Part shown: positions 7,094 through 16,982 of the stretch, one piece after another
Layout of the letters: each line of letters begins with the position of its first letter
Numbering within the stretch: the first letter of the stretch is position 1
Source: Polyangiales bacterium
GTDB taxonomy: Bacteria; Myxococcota_A; Polyangia; Polyangiales; Ga0077539
Assembly (NCBI GenBank): GCA_044229975.1
Contig: JBGARZ010000001.1
Coordinates: forward strand, 544,001 to 608,000
Reading direction: 5' to 3'
Length of the DNA: 64,000 bases
Program-made: the position numbers and the translations under genes
The notes under the pieces: generated by a model
What the model saw: only the letters and a program-made list of their open reading frames with translations
Told to the model about the DNA's origin: nothing
Databases searched by the model: none

Positions 7094-9646
7094 TCAGAAG
7101 CTGGGCGCGGCGCCGGTCGGGACGAGCTGCGCGGCCACGATGCCCTGCGCGTCGACGCCGTCGATGCGGAGCGAGAAGAGCGCTTCGAGGTGGACCCCGT
7201 CGCCCGCGGGGCGGGCCTCGGAGATGCCGACGACACGACACGTCCCGTCACCGAGGCGGGCGGTCTCGATGAGGAGCGGGCGCGACGCCGCGAGGCGGAC
7301 GAGCGCCTGCGGGTTGGTGATCCAGTCGGAGGACGCCCCCTCGCCCGCGACGCGGAGGAGACCCGCGTGGGCGCCCGGCGCGTCGACCGCGGCGAAGATG
7401 CCCTCGGCGCCCGTCACCAGGTGATGCAACACCGCGCGCGCCGTGGAGGGTGTGGTCTCGCCGAAGACGAGTCGGTGTGGCCGCATGCGGACGGCCGCGT
7501 CGACCGCCGCCGCGCTGTCGCCCTCGGCGTGCAGCACCGCGGCGTCGCGACGCACCCGCCCGAGCTCGTCACGGGCCTCGACGATGGCGATGCGATCGGT
7601 GCCCGGCAGGGCAGCGACCAGCGCCGCGAGCAGCGTGGTGCGACCGGAGCCGGCGCCGCCGACCACGAGAACGTTGCGCCGCGATTGGATCGCGTGGTGG
7701 ATGAGCGGCAGCGCGTTGGGGGACACCGTGCCGCGCGCCGCGAGGTCATTGAGCGTCGAGGCGCGCACGGGCGCACGCTCGACGGAGGCAACCGGACCGT
7801 TGATGGCGACCGGGGGAAAGACCGCCACGAGCCGCGCGCCGTCGCGCAGGGTGGTCTCGATGGCCGGGCGACCGCCGCGGTCGATGCCGTTCGCTCGTAG
7901 CAGCCGGTCGATGCCTTCGGCGGCGGCCGATGGCGAGGAGAAGCAGTAGCCCGACGGGCCGACGAGCCCGCTGCGCCCGACGGAGACGACGCCCGTCGAC
8001 TCGACGATGATCGTGGTGATCTCGCCGTCCTCGATGAGGGTGTCGAAGGGCCCGGCGCCGGCGATCTCGGCGAGCGCGTCGCGCGTGAGGCGCTCGGGGG
8101 TCACGCCGTTGGGGAGGTTGGGCAGGCTCCGGGCGGCCTGCTCGACGGTCGGACGCAACCGGGCGCGCGCGACCTCGTCGCCCACGGCGGACTCGGCCCC
8201 GCGACTGCGAGCGCCGCGCACGACCTGGGCGAGGAGTTCCTGGTACTCGTCGGGGGCGTGGGTCGAGGGGCGCACCGTCGATCGCGGCGCCGGGGCGGCC
8301 ATCATCGGTGACGGCGGGGTGCCGCCCGGAATGGAAGTCGGCTCGAGCGGGCGCGCCATCGCGACGGCGGCGGCCACGTCGGGCTGCCGCGTGGGCTCGT
8401 CGAGGTTGGGCGCCATCGGGATCACCTCACGCTGCTGAGGCATCTCCGCGGTGCTGGGCATGCTCATCGGGCTGAGCGGCGGTGCCGATGGACCACCCAT
8501 GGGCGGCATCGGTTGCGCGCTGAACTGCGGCGCCGGTCCGCCGAAGGAGGGCGCTGCTCCAAAGGAAGGCGGAGGGCCACCGAGCGAGGGAGGCATTCCA
8601 CCCATGGACGGCGGAGGACCACCCATCGGAGGACCGCCCAACGACGGCGGAGGGCCGCCCAACGAAGGCGGAGGGCCACCCAACGAAGGCGGAGGACCGC
8701 CCAACGAAGGCGGAGGACCGCCCAACGAAGGCGGAGGGCCACCCAACGAAGGCGGAGGGCCACCCAACGACGGCGGAGGACCGCCCAACGACGGCGGAGG
8801 GCCACCCATCGGAGGGCCACCCATCGGAGGACCACCCAACGAAGGCGGAGGACCGCCCATCGGAGCGCCGCCCAACGAGGGACCGCCCATTGGAGGACCG
8901 CCCATCGGCGAGCCCCCCAACGAGGGCGGTGGGCCACCATCGAGCGAACTGCGTCCTCCGATCGGAGGCATTCCGCCGCCCGTCGGGCCAGGCCGGAGCG
9001 GAGGAGGAGCGCCCATCCCCGGAGCGGACTGACCGCCCGGGCCCATCATCGTGCCGCGGATGGGAGCGCCGCCACCGAGCGGGGCCGTCGCGCGCGGCTC
9101 GGGAGGACCACCCATGCCCATGGGCGCCGGACCAGGCATCGAGCCCGGCGAAGAAGGCCGCCCCGGACCGAGCGGACTACCGCCACCCGGGCGACCACCA
9201 CCCAGGGGAGGCGGCCCGAAGCCGCCTGCGCGCGGAGGCTCTGGGGTCTCGGGCTGATCGTCGTAGCCCTCGTCGATTCCACCACCGGGCGGCGGGCCCG
9301 CGTCGACGTCGCCGCCCTCGTAGTTGTCGCCCGCGTCGTCCATGGCGCCGGCCATGTCGCCCATGTCGACGGTCACCACGAAGTCGCCGATATAGATCTT
9401 GTCGCCGGGGCGAATCACCGACGGCGTCGTGATGCGACGGCCGTTGAGATAGGTGCCATTGGTGCTCTTCAGGTCGGCGACGAAGAAGCGCCCCTCCCGG
9501 CGAAACACCTGCGAATGACGCTTGGAGACGTTGCCCTTCGGCAGCACGATGTCGTTTCCAGGGACGCGGCCCACGGTGACCTCGTCCTTGTCGAACTCCA
9601 TCCGCTTGGGCGTCCCCCCCTTCTCCGTCACGTTCAGCGTCAGCAT
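7094..9646 (-). CDS. FHA domain + Gly/Pro-rich linker + degenerate TadA/CpaF-family ATPase domain
   Basis: FHA motifs VGR, VSKRHS, DLKSTNGT; C-terminal CpaF-like GAGPFDTLIED, LRDGARLVAVFPPVA, NVLVVGGAGSGRTTLL, MRPHRLVFGE; ATG 9646 follows GAGGAG, and the longer track start overlaps truB. Confidence 0.85.
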   Translation of the reverse strand: MLTLNVTEKGGTPKRMEFDKDEVTVGRVPGNDIVLPKGNVSKRHSQVFRREGRFFVADLKSTNGTYLNGRRITTPSVIRPGDKIYIGDFVVTVDMGDMAGAMDDAGDNYEGGDVDAGPPPGGGIDEGYDDQPETPEPPRAGGFGPPPLGGGRPGGGSPLGPGRPSSPGSMPGPAPMGMGGPPEPRATAPLGGGAPIRGTMMGPGGQSAPGMGAPPPLRPGPTGGGMPPIGGRSSLDGGPPPSLGGSPMGGPPMGGPSLGGAPMGGPPPSLGGPPMGGPPMGGPPPSLGGPPPSLGGPPPSLGGPPPSLGGPPPSLGGPPPSLGGPPPSLGGPPPSLGGPPMGGPPPSMGGMPPSLGGPPPSFGAAPSFGGPAPQFSAQPMPPMGGPSAPPLSPMSMPSTAEMPQQREVIPMAPNLDEPTRQPDVAAAVAMARPLEPTSIPGGTPPSPMMAAPAPRSTVRPSTHAPDEYQELLAQVVRGARSRGAESAVGDEVARARLRPTVEQAARSLPNLPNGVTPERLTRDALAEIAGAGPFDTLIEDGEITTIIVESTGVVSVGRSGLVGPSGYCFSSPSAAAEGIDRLLRANGIDRGGRPAIETTLRDGARLVAVFPPVAINGPVASVERAPVRASTLNDLAARGTVSPNALPLIHHAIQSRRNVLVVGGAGSGRTTLLAALVAALPGTDRIAIVEARDELGRVRRDAAVLHAEGDSAAAVDAAVRMRPHRLVFGETTPSTARAVLHHLVTGAEGIFAAVDAPGAHAGLLRVAGEGASSDWITNPQALVRLAASRPLLIETARLGDGTCRVVGISEARPAGDGVHLEALFSLRIDGVDAQGIVAAQLVPTGAAPSF
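8560..8945 (-). repeat. in-frame tandem repeat (21-bp unit encoding GGPPPSL, plus GGPPM variants)
   Basis: Repeated cccaacga(a/c)ggcggagg(g/a)cc(a/g) units on the + strand. Confidence 0.9.
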
Positions 9647-9698
9647 CGCGGCAACTCGCTCCTCGCGGGCATCGTAACCGATTCCTCTCCGTGAATGC

Positions 9699-10631
9699 CT
9701 AGCAACTTGGCGACGCCGCCGAGATGCCTCGCAACACGCGAAGCACACCGTCGCTGCGACCGCCCACGCACACCGGCGCACCCGACGGATCAAACACCAG
9801 ACAAGTCCCCTCGCCCTCCGCCGCCACCGGCCGACCGAAGCGCAGCGCCCGCGCGACCTCCGCGTCGACCGTCACCGTCGACATCCAGCGCGACGCGCTC
9901 GACCAACCCTCCACCGCGGCGCGCACCCGATCACGCGTCTCCGCATCACCGCGCGCCGCCGCGAGCAGCTGCGCGCCGTCGAGCGCCCCGTCGAGCGTAA
10001 ACGCCCCAGACCGCGTACGTCGCAGCGCCGAGAGGTGCCCTCGCGTGCCGAGCGCGAGCGCAAGATCACGCGCGAGCGAGCGCACGTAGAAGCCCTTGCT
10101 CACCGCCACGCGCAGCGAGCACCACGGCGGGTCGAGCGACACCTCCAACAGTTCGGCCTCGCGCAGCGTCACTTCGCGCGCCTCGGGCACCACCACCTCG
10201 CCGCGACGCACCCGCGCGTGCATCGCCTCGCCGTCGACCTTGATGGCGCTCACCGCTGGCGGCACCTGGTGGATGGTTCCGCGCATGGCTTCGAGCGCTG
10301 CCGCGATGGCTTCGCGCGTGGGTGCCGCGGTGCCTTCCGGGGCGCGCTCGGTGACGACGCCGTCGGCGTCGAGGCTGTCGGTCTCGGCGCCAAAGGACAC
10401 CGTCGCGTCGTAGGCCTTGTCGTCGGCCGAGAGGTGCGACGAGAGCTTCGTCGCCTCGCCCAGCATCAACACCATCACCCCGGTGGCCATCGGGTCGAGC
10501 GTCCCCGCGTGGCCCACCTCGCGCTGACCCAGCACCCGACGCGCCGCCGCGACGAGGTCGTGCGACGTCGGGCCGCGGGGCTTGTCCACCCGCAGCACCC
10601 CGTCCACCGGCGCGCCTCGGGTGCGCCCCAA
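9699..10631 (-). CDS. truB: tRNA pseudouridine(55) synthase
   Basis: VDKPRGPTSHD, VGHAGTLDPMATG, QVPPAVSAIK, SKGFYVRSLARD, LRRTRSG. Confidence 0.96.
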   Translation of the reverse strand: MGRTRGAPVDGVLRVDKPRGPTSHDLVAAARRVLGQREVGHAGTLDPMATGVMVLMLGEATKLSSHLSADDKAYDATVSFGAETDSLDADGVVTERAPEGTAAPTREAIAAALEAMRGTIHQVPPAVSAIKVDGEAMHARVRRGEVVVPEAREVTLREAELLEVSLDPPWCSLRVAVSKGFYVRSLARDLALALGTRGHLSALRRTRSGAFTLDGALDGAQLLAAARGDAETRDRVRAAVEGWSSASRWMSTVTVDAEVARALRFGRPVAAEGEGTCLVFDPSGAPVCVGGRSDGVLRVLRGISAASPSC

Positions 10632-10634
10632 CGT

Positions 10635-11066
10635 TCAGCCCGTGCCGTCGGATGAGGGCTTCTCGTCGGTCGCGGGCTTCGCCGCGGCGGACTTGAGCTC
10701 CTCGCCCACCTCGCGCAGCACCGCGTCGAGCCGCATGGCGTCGTCGCGGCTCGCGTCGAGGGAGAAGTGCAGCTCCGGCGCGTGCCGGAGGTTGAGCCGC
10801 GGTGCGAGCTTCGAGCGCAACATCGACGACAGCTTGTCCAGGCGCCGCCCGGCGACCTTCGCGCGGCGGCCGCCCGGATCGTCGCCCATCATCACGAAGC
10901 CCACCTGCGCCTGCGACACGTCGTCGGAGACGTGCGTCCCCGTGATGACGATGCCCTCCAGCCGCGGGTCGCGGAGCTCTTGCGAGAGCATCACCGCGAG
11001 CTCCTGTGTCACGCGCGAGCCCACCCGCGCCGCCCGGTGGCTCGCGTCAGCCTTCTTCGCTACCAC
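10635..11066 (-). CDS. rbfA: ribosome-binding factor A
   Basis: RAARV, LRDPRL, LRHAPELHFSLD; operon position. Confidence 0.92.
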   Translation of the reverse strand: MVAKKADASHRAARVGSRVTQELAVMLSQELRDPRLEGIVITGTHVSDDVSQAQVGFVMMGDDPGGRRAKVAGRRLDKLSSMLRSKLAPRLNLRHAPELHFSLDASRDDAMRLDAVLREVGEELKSAAAKPATDEKPSSDGTG

Positions 11067-11424
11067 CGAACTTCTCCATCAGCCCGGAGGCGTCGTCCAT
11101 CTCGTTGCCGCCCGCGAGCGCCTCGTCGTCGGGGTGCACCGTGATGACCACCTCGCGGCCCGTCACCAGCGCCTCGCCCGCCACCGCCGACGCCACCGCC
11201 GCGGTCACCTTGTCCAGCACCTCGCTCACATGACCGCGCTCCGTCGACACGGCCGAGACCGCCAGCGTCGCGACCTGCCAGCGCTCCTGATCGCCGACCT
11301 CGGCGATGGAGACGTTGAAGCGCGCGCGGACGCGGTCGGCCGCGCGGCGGACCACCGCCCGACGCTCCTTGAGCGAGTGCGCCGCGGGCAGATGGAGCCG
11401 CAGCCGGAGCAGACCGATCACCAT
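11047..11424 (-). CDS. ylxP: DUF503 (YlxP-like) protein
   Basis: HSLKERRAVV and RFNVSIAEVGDQERWQ motifs; lies between infB and rbfA. Confidence 0.88.
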   Translation of the reverse strand: MVIGLLRLRLHLPAAHSLKERRAVVRRAADRVRARFNVSIAEVGDQERWQVATLAVSAVSTERGHVSEVLDKVTAAVASAVAGEALVTGREVVITVHPDDEALAGGNEMDDASGLMEKFGGSEEG

Positions 11425-11431
11425 CGCCGAT

Positions 11432-11926
11432 CTACTCCGCGCGCCACTGGACGCGCAGCCCGCCGTCGCACTCCACCGCCGCCTTGAGGGCGTCGCGGAG
11501 CCCGCGGAGCATCACCGCCGCGAGGAGCTCGGGCTGCACCTCGCGCTCCTCCTCCGAGGGCTCGCGCTTGCCGTTGAGCACCTCGAGCACCGACGCCGCG
11601 TCGACCTTGCGGCGCTGCTTCAGCTCGAACTCCTCGGCCACCACGCGAGCGATGTAGGCGGCGACGGCGGCCCGTTGCTCCTTGCGGAGCGCGTTGGCCA
11701 CCCGCACCGCCATCTTCTTGCAGCGCACCGGCGAGAAGCGCCCGGAGCGCGGCCCGCGGGCGGACCACTCCCACGGGCGTCCGGAGACCTCCGTGACGGC
11801 GGCCATCACCGCCTCGAAGGGGTCTCTCCCCTCCCAGGCGAAATCCCACGACCCCGGCAGCTCGTCGCCGTCTTCGTCCAGGATCTGAAAGCGCGTCGCG
11901 CCGGACATCCGAACCTGCATCGCCAC
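11432..11926 (-). CDS. hypothetical protein inserted in the infB-rbfA operon
   Basis: Fills the gap between infB (28 bp) and ylxP (7 bp) on the same strand; globular-looking composition; no motif recognised. Confidence 0.65.
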   Translation of the reverse strand: MAMQVRMSGATRFQILDEDGDELPGSWDFAWEGRDPFEAVMAAVTEVSGRPWEWSARGPRSGRFSPVRCKKMAVRVANALRKEQRAAVAAYIARVVAEEFELKQRRKVDAASVLEVLNGKREPSEEEREVQPELLAAVMLRGLRDALKAAVECDGGLRVQWRAE

Positions 11927-11954
11927 GACCCTCTCGCTCGCCTCGCGGTCCCCC

Positions 11955-14723
11955 TCAGAGGCGCGCGGCGACCTCCTCGAGCTCGTACACCACGATCACG
12001 TCGGCCGCCTTGATCTCCGGCGTCGGTTCCAGGGAGATGCCGCACTCGAAGCCCGAGGCGACCTCCTTGACGTCGTCCTTGATGCGCCGGAGCGAGCCGA
12101 TCTTGCCCGACCACACCTCGGAGCCACCGCGCATGAGCCGCGCGAGCGCGTTGCGCTTCACGGACCCGGTCGTGACCATGCAGCCCGCCACGACGCCGGT
12201 CTTGGTGATGTTGAACACCTGCCGGACCTCCGCCTCGCCCAGGGCCTTCTCCTTGAAGGTCGGCTTGAGCTGGCCGAGCATGAGCGCCTTCACGTCATCC
12301 ACGGCCTCGTAGATGATCGAGTAGAACTTCAGCGCCACGCGCGCCTCGTCGGCCGCCGCCTGCGCCTTGCCGGCCGGGCGCACGTTGAAGCCGATGATGG
12401 TCGCGTTGGAGGCCGACGCGAGCTGCACGTCGGTCTCGGTGATCGCGCCCACCGCGCCGTGAATCACCGTCACCTTGACCTTGTCCGTGCTGAGCGAGGT
12501 GAGCGCCTTCTTCAAGCCCTCCACCGCACCCTGCGCGTCGGCCTTCACGACGATGTTGAGGTTGATCTGCGCCGCGCCGCCCGCGATCGCGTTCTGGATC
12601 TGCGCCTCCAGGGTCTGCCGCATCGGCGACTCGACCGTGCGCTTGGTGAGCATCTTGATCTGCTCGGCCACCTCCTGCGCCTTGCGCAGGTCGGCCGCCA
12701 CGTAGAGCTTGTCGCCCGCCGAGGGCACCTCGCTCAGACCCACGATCTCTACCGGCGTGCTGGGGCCCGCCTTGTCGATCGCCTTGCCGCGGTCGTCGTA
12801 CATCGCGCGGACGCGGCCGTACGTGCTGCCCACGAGCACCGCGTCGCCGTTGCGCAGGACGCCCTGCTGCACCAGCAGGCGCGCCACCGGGCCGCGGCCC
12901 TTGTCGAGCTTCGCCTCGAACACCGTGCCCACCGCGGGGCGCTTCGGGTCGGCCGTGAGCTCCAGGAGCTCGTTCTGGTTGGCGAGGTTCTCCAGGAGGT
13001 CTTCGATGCCGGTGCGCGCCTTCGCGCTCACCTTCACCACCAGCACCTCGCCGCCGTCGCGCTCGGTGATCACGTCGTACTGGAGAAGCTGGTTGAGCAC
13101 CTTGTCGGGGTCAGCGTCAGCCTTGTCCATCTTGTTGAGCGCGATCACCAGCGGCACCTTGGCCGCCTTCGCGTGGTTGATCGCCTCGATGGTCGTCGGC
13201 ATCACGCCGTCGTCCGCCGCGACCACCAGCACCGCGACGTCGGTGAGCTGCGCGCCGCGCGAGCGCAGCGACGTAAACGCCTCGTGGCCCGGCGTGTCGA
13301 AGAAGACCACCATGCCCTTCGGCGTGCTGACCCGGTACGCGCGCACCTCCTGCGTGATGCCGCCGGCCTCGCCGTCCGCCACGCGCAATCCGAGGATGGC
13401 GTCGAGGAGCGTCGTCTTGCCGTGGTCGACGTGGCCCATCACCGTGACCACCGGGGCGCGGGCCACCGGGGGCGACGGCTCGAAGGTCGCGAGCGCCTTC
13501 TGCACCACCGCGTCGAGGTTGAGGGCGACGTCCTCGACCGAGTACGAGAACTCGTTCGCGAGGATCTTCGCGGTGTCCGAGTCCAGGGTCGAGTTGATGT
13601 TCTTCCCCTTCTCACCCATCTGGATGAGCTTCATCAGGACGTCGGTGGCCTTCAGGCTCATCCGGCGCGCGAGCTCCTGGAGGGAGATCTGCGCCTCGAT
13701 CTTGATGACCTTCTTGTGCTGCGACATCTCCGTGAGGAGCTGGGTCTTGTTGGTCCGCAGCGGCGTCATCGACGGGAAGCGGGTGCCGCCCGGCCCGACC
13801 TTGTTGGGGAACATCCCCGGACGACCCGTCCCCATCGGGGGACGACGCGAGTTGATCGCGCTAGGCAGCGGTGGCTTCACCTCGACCCAGGCGCCGCCGG
13901 GTCGGTTGCCCATCGGCCGCACGCTCGACGGCGCGGGCTTCGTGGCCTCGTAGACCACCGTGCGCGAGATCGGATCCCAGCGCGCGATGCCACTCTTCGG
14001 CTGCGCGTTGGGCGGCGGAACGCTCGGGCGCGCCGACGGCTCCACCTTCGCTTCGACGACGGGCGAGGGCTCGGGCGCAGGCGCGGGCTCCGGCGCGACC
14101 GGCAACGGCGTCGGCTTCGCGGGCTCCTCGACCATGGCCTCGACGACCGGCGCCGCGGCAGCGACGGGGGCGACGGGCTCTTCGACCTTCGCCTCGACGG
14201 TGACGACCGCGGGCGGCGGGGCAACCGGCGCGGGCGGCGCGACGGGCTCTTCGATCTTCGCTTCGACCACCGCGGGGGCGACGGGCGGCTCGACCGCCAC
14301 CGGCGCTTCGACCTTCGCCTCGACCGCTACGGGCGTGGCGGCGACGGGCTCTTCCACCTTCGCCTCGACCGCCACCGGAGCGGCGACGACGGGCTCTTCC
14401 ACCTTCGCCTCGACGCGGGCAGGCGGAGCGACCACCACGGGGGGCGCCTCGACGACGCGAGCCACCGGCCGGGGCGCCGGCTTCGGCGCGGGCGGGGGCT
14501 CCACGCGCTTCAACTTCTTCACGCCGGGGGCGACCTCGACCTCGACGAACTGCGCCTGCTTCTCACGGAGCAACGACGTCCGGATCTGGTCGATGTAGGC
14601 GCCATCGACCTTGGACATCTTGTTCTTCACTTCGATGCCGAGCGCGCGGATCTTCAGGAGGACGGCGTCCGCATCCATCTTGAGATCGTCCGCGATCTCA
14701 TAAACCTTGACCGTACCCTGCAT
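11955..14723 (-). CDS. infB: translation initiation factor IF-2
   Basis: KVYEIA N-terminus, VMGHVDHGKTTLLD, EAGGITQ, DTPGHEAF, NKMD, GFECG; ATG 14723 overlaps the stop of the upstream gene (TGATG). Confidence 0.97.
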   Translation of the reverse strand: MQGTVKVYEIADDLKMDADAVLLKIRALGIEVKNKMSKVDGAYIDQIRTSLLREKQAQFVEVEVAPGVKKLKRVEPPPAPKPAPRPVARVVEAPPVVVAPPARVEAKVEEPVVAAPVAVEAKVEEPVAATPVAVEAKVEAPVAVEPPVAPAVVEAKIEEPVAPPAPVAPPPAVVTVEAKVEEPVAPVAAAAPVVEAMVEEPAKPTPLPVAPEPAPAPEPSPVVEAKVEPSARPSVPPPNAQPKSGIARWDPISRTVVYEATKPAPSSVRPMGNRPGGAWVEVKPPLPSAINSRRPPMGTGRPGMFPNKVGPGGTRFPSMTPLRTNKTQLLTEMSQHKKVIKIEAQISLQELARRMSLKATDVLMKLIQMGEKGKNINSTLDSDTAKILANEFSYSVEDVALNLDAVVQKALATFEPSPPVARAPVVTVMGHVDHGKTTLLDAILGLRVADGEAGGITQEVRAYRVSTPKGMVVFFDTPGHEAFTSLRSRGAQLTDVAVLVVAADDGVMPTTIEAINHAKAAKVPLVIALNKMDKADADPDKVLNQLLQYDVITERDGGEVLVVKVSAKARTGIEDLLENLANQNELLELTADPKRPAVGTVFEAKLDKGRGPVARLLVQQGVLRNGDAVLVGSTYGRVRAMYDDRGKAIDKAGPSTPVEIVGLSEVPSAGDKLYVAADLRKAQEVAEQIKMLTKRTVESPMRQTLEAQIQNAIAGGAAQINLNIVVKADAQGAVEGLKKALTSLSTDKVKVTVIHGAVGAITETDVQLASASNATIIGFNVRPAGKAQAAADEARVALKFYSIIYEAVDDVKALMLGQLKPTFKEKALGEAEVRQVFNITKTGVVAGCMVTTGSVKRNALARLMRGGSEVWSGKIGSLRRIKDDVKEVASGFECGISLEPTPEIKAADVIVVYELEEVAARL
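14040..14420 (-). repeat. degenerate in-frame repeats (VEAKVEEPVA..P) in the IF-2 N-terminal linker
   Basis: About seven copies of VEAK(V/I)E-like motifs in the translation. Confidence 0.7.
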
Positions 14724-15313
14724 CAGTCCTCCAGTGCCCCAAGGCGTTCGACCGTCGTGGCGAGCTCCGCCGCGATGCGCGCTTCCCGAACCGCCAGGAG
14801 AGAGACCTCCCCGCGGTTGAGCAGCGCGCCGTAATCCTGCTTCGTTCCGTAAGAGGCCGACCGGCGCGCCCCCTCCGCGATGGACCGCGCGCCGTTGCCC
14901 GCGTCCGTCGCCACCAACACCAGATGCGCGTGGCCGTGCGCCACCGCCGCGTCCGTCGCCTCGGCCCCGATGGCCAGCGACTTCGTGCGCGACGCCACCA
15001 GCAGCAGCGACGTCACCCGCTGCGCCATCGCCGCCCGCAGCTCGGTGAGCAGCGCCGCCGCGTCGAGGCTGCGCTGCACATCCACCTTCAGCGACCGCTC
15101 GGCCGCGTGGCGCTTCACCATCGTCGCCACGCACGCCTTCGTGGGGTGCACCCACGCCCCGCGACCGCTCTTCACGGCGCGCGGGTCGAGGGCGACGCCC
15201 CCGTCGAGGCCCGCGACGACGCGCACGAGCTCGTCACGCTCCCCGCGCTGCCGACAGGCGACGCAGGTGCGCTCGGGAGACCTCGTCTTCGCTTCGTCCA
15301 CGGACCCCATCAC
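14723..15313 (-). CDS. ylxR: YlxR (DUF448) fused to an L7Ae/YlxQ-like RNA-binding domain
   Basis: PERTCVACR..ELVRVV..GRGAWV (YlxR); SLLLVASR..LAIG..LVLVATDA..G+KQDYGALLNR (L7Ae-like); between nusA and infB. Confidence 0.85.
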   Translation of the reverse strand: MMGSVDEAKTRSPERTCVACRQRGERDELVRVVAGLDGGVALDPRAVKSGRGAWVHPTKACVATMVKRHAAERSLKVDVQRSLDAAALLTELRAAMAQRVTSLLLVASRTKSLAIGAEATDAAVAHGHAHLVLVATDAGNGARSIAEGARRSASYGTKQDYGALLNRGEVSLLAVREARIAAELATTVERLGALED

Positions 15314-15317
15314 GGTT

Positions 15318-16976
15318 CTATCCCTCCGCCCCTTCGGCGCTCTCGGCCCGCAGGGCCTGCCGCGCCTCGTCGATGACCTTCTGCTCCGAGCTCAGGAAGG
15401 TCTGCGCCCCGAGCTTGATCTGCCGCACCTTGCGGAGACCGAGGCCCGTGTCGCGCAGCAGCGCGTCTTCCTGCGTGCCGTGGAGCTGCTCCACGGTGGT
15501 GATGTTGGTCGCGGTGAGCAGGTTGATGGTGTGCTCGCCGACGCCGCGCACGAAGAGCAGGCGCTCGCGCTCGCTCAGGGGCTCGGTGCGCCGTGACGCC
15601 TCGCGGATGCGCTTCTGCCGCAACTCTTCCATCGCCGTCTCGGCCGACGACTTGATGCGGTCGGCGTTTTCCGCGCCGCCGAGGCCCGGGATGCCCGCGA
15701 GCTCGTCGCCGGCCGCCTCGGCGACCTCTTCGAGCGAGCGGAACCCGAGCTTGTACATGGTCTGCGCCAGGCTCGGCGTGACCCCCGCGATGAGGGAGAG
15801 CGCGTTGATCGACTCCTCCTCCATCTGCTTGAACTTGCTCTCCGAGATGATGTCGAGCTTCCACCCGGTGAGCTGCGACGCGAGCCGGACGTTTTGCCCC
15901 TTGCGGCCGATGGCCAGCGAGAGCTTCTCGTCGGACACCACCAGCTCCATCGCGTGGTCGGCCTCGTTGACCAGCACGCGGGAGATCTCCGCCGGCGCGA
16001 TGGCGTTGCACACGTAGCGGGCCGGGTCGCGCTCGTAGGGGACGATGTCGATGCGCTCGCCGCGGAGCTCTTGCACCACGGCCTGCACGCGCGAGCCCTT
16101 CACACCGACGCACGCGCCCACCGGGTCGACGTCGAGGTCGCGCGAGCTCACCGCGATCTTGCTGCGCACGCCGGGCTCACGCGCCGCGGCGACGATCTTC
16201 ACGATGCCCTCGTAGATCTCCGGGACCTCGGCCTCGAAGAGCTTGATGAGCAGGCCCACGTCGCCGCGCGAGAGCAGCACCTGCGGGCCCTTGGCCTCGC
16301 GGTCGATGTCCTTCACGAAGGCCACGATGCGCTCGCCGGGGCGGTAGCTCTCGCGCGGAACCTGGTCCTTCGCGCGCAGGATCGCCTCGGTGCGCCCGAG
16401 GTCGACGATGATGTCGTTGCGCTCGAAGCGGCGGAAGATGCCGGTGATGATCTCGCCCTTGCGGTCCTTGTACTCGTTGAACACCAGCTCGCGCTCGGCG
16501 TCGCGCACGCGCTGGATGATCACCTGCTTGGCCGCCTGCGCCGCGATGCGGCCGAATCCCTTGCGGAGCGTCGACAGCTTGAGCACGTCGCCCCACTTGG
16601 CCTCCTGCTCGGCCGCCTTGCGCTCGTCCTCGGTGCGATAGAACACCTGGAAGGCGAGCTGCTCGCCCACCTGCGCGTCGGGGTCCATGTTGCGCGCCGT
16701 GTCGAGGGGAATCTCCTGGTCGGGCTGCGTGACCGTGTCCACCACCGTCATGTGCTGGTAGAGGTCCACCGCGCCCTCGCGCTCGCTGTAGCGAGCCACG
16801 AGCTCGCGCGTGCCGCCGAGGTGCTTGCGCGCCGCCGACAGGATCGCGCTCTCCAGGGTCGCCACGAGCACGGATCGCTCGATGCCCTTGTCCTTGGCCA
16901 CCTGGTCGAGCGTGTTGCTCAGGTTGAGCGTCTGCTGCGCGGGGGCCTGGGGTGCTGCTTGCTGCTTGGTCGCCAT
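15318..16976 (-). CDS. nusA: transcription termination/antitermination factor NusA
   Basis: [56 protein letters not shown]-terminal HhH repeats. Confidence 0.97.
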   Translation of the reverse strand: MATKQQAAPQAPAQQTLNLSNTLDQVAKDKGIERSVLVATLESAILSAARKHLGGTRELVARYSEREGAVDLYQHMTVVDTVTQPDQEIPLDTARNMDPDAQVGEQLAFQVFYRTEDERKAAEQEAKWGDVLKLSTLRKGFGRIAAQAAKQVIIQRVRDAERELVFNEYKDRKGEIITGIFRRFERNDIIVDLGRTEAILRAKDQVPRESYRPGERIVAFVKDIDREAKGPQVLLSRGDVGLLIKLFEAEVPEIYEGIVKIVAAAREPGVRSKIAVSSRDLDVDPVGACVGVKGSRVQAVVQELRGERIDIVPYERDPARYVCNAIAPAEISRVLVNEADHAMELVVSDEKLSLAIGRKGQNVRLASQLTGWKLDIISESKFKQMEEESINALSLIAGVTPSLAQTMYKLGFRSLEEVAEAAGDELAGIPGLGGAENADRIKSSAETAMEELRQKRIREASRRTEPLSERERLLFVRGVGEHTINLLTATNITTVEQLHGTQEDALLRDTGLGLRKVRQIKLGAQTFLSSEQKVIDEARQALRAESAEGAEG

Positions 16977-16982
16977 GTCCGT

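Noticed and set aside
8560..8945. Tandem repeats here and at 38962-39125 as CRISPR arrays
   Set aside because: Units are contiguous multiples of 3 inside ORFs, there are no unique spacers, and no cas genes are present
7094..9646. FHA-ATPase as a pseudogene or as part of a complete Tad locus
   Set aside because: The reading frame is uninterrupted for 850 aa, and no cpaB/cpaC/tadB/tadC/flp genes are in the window
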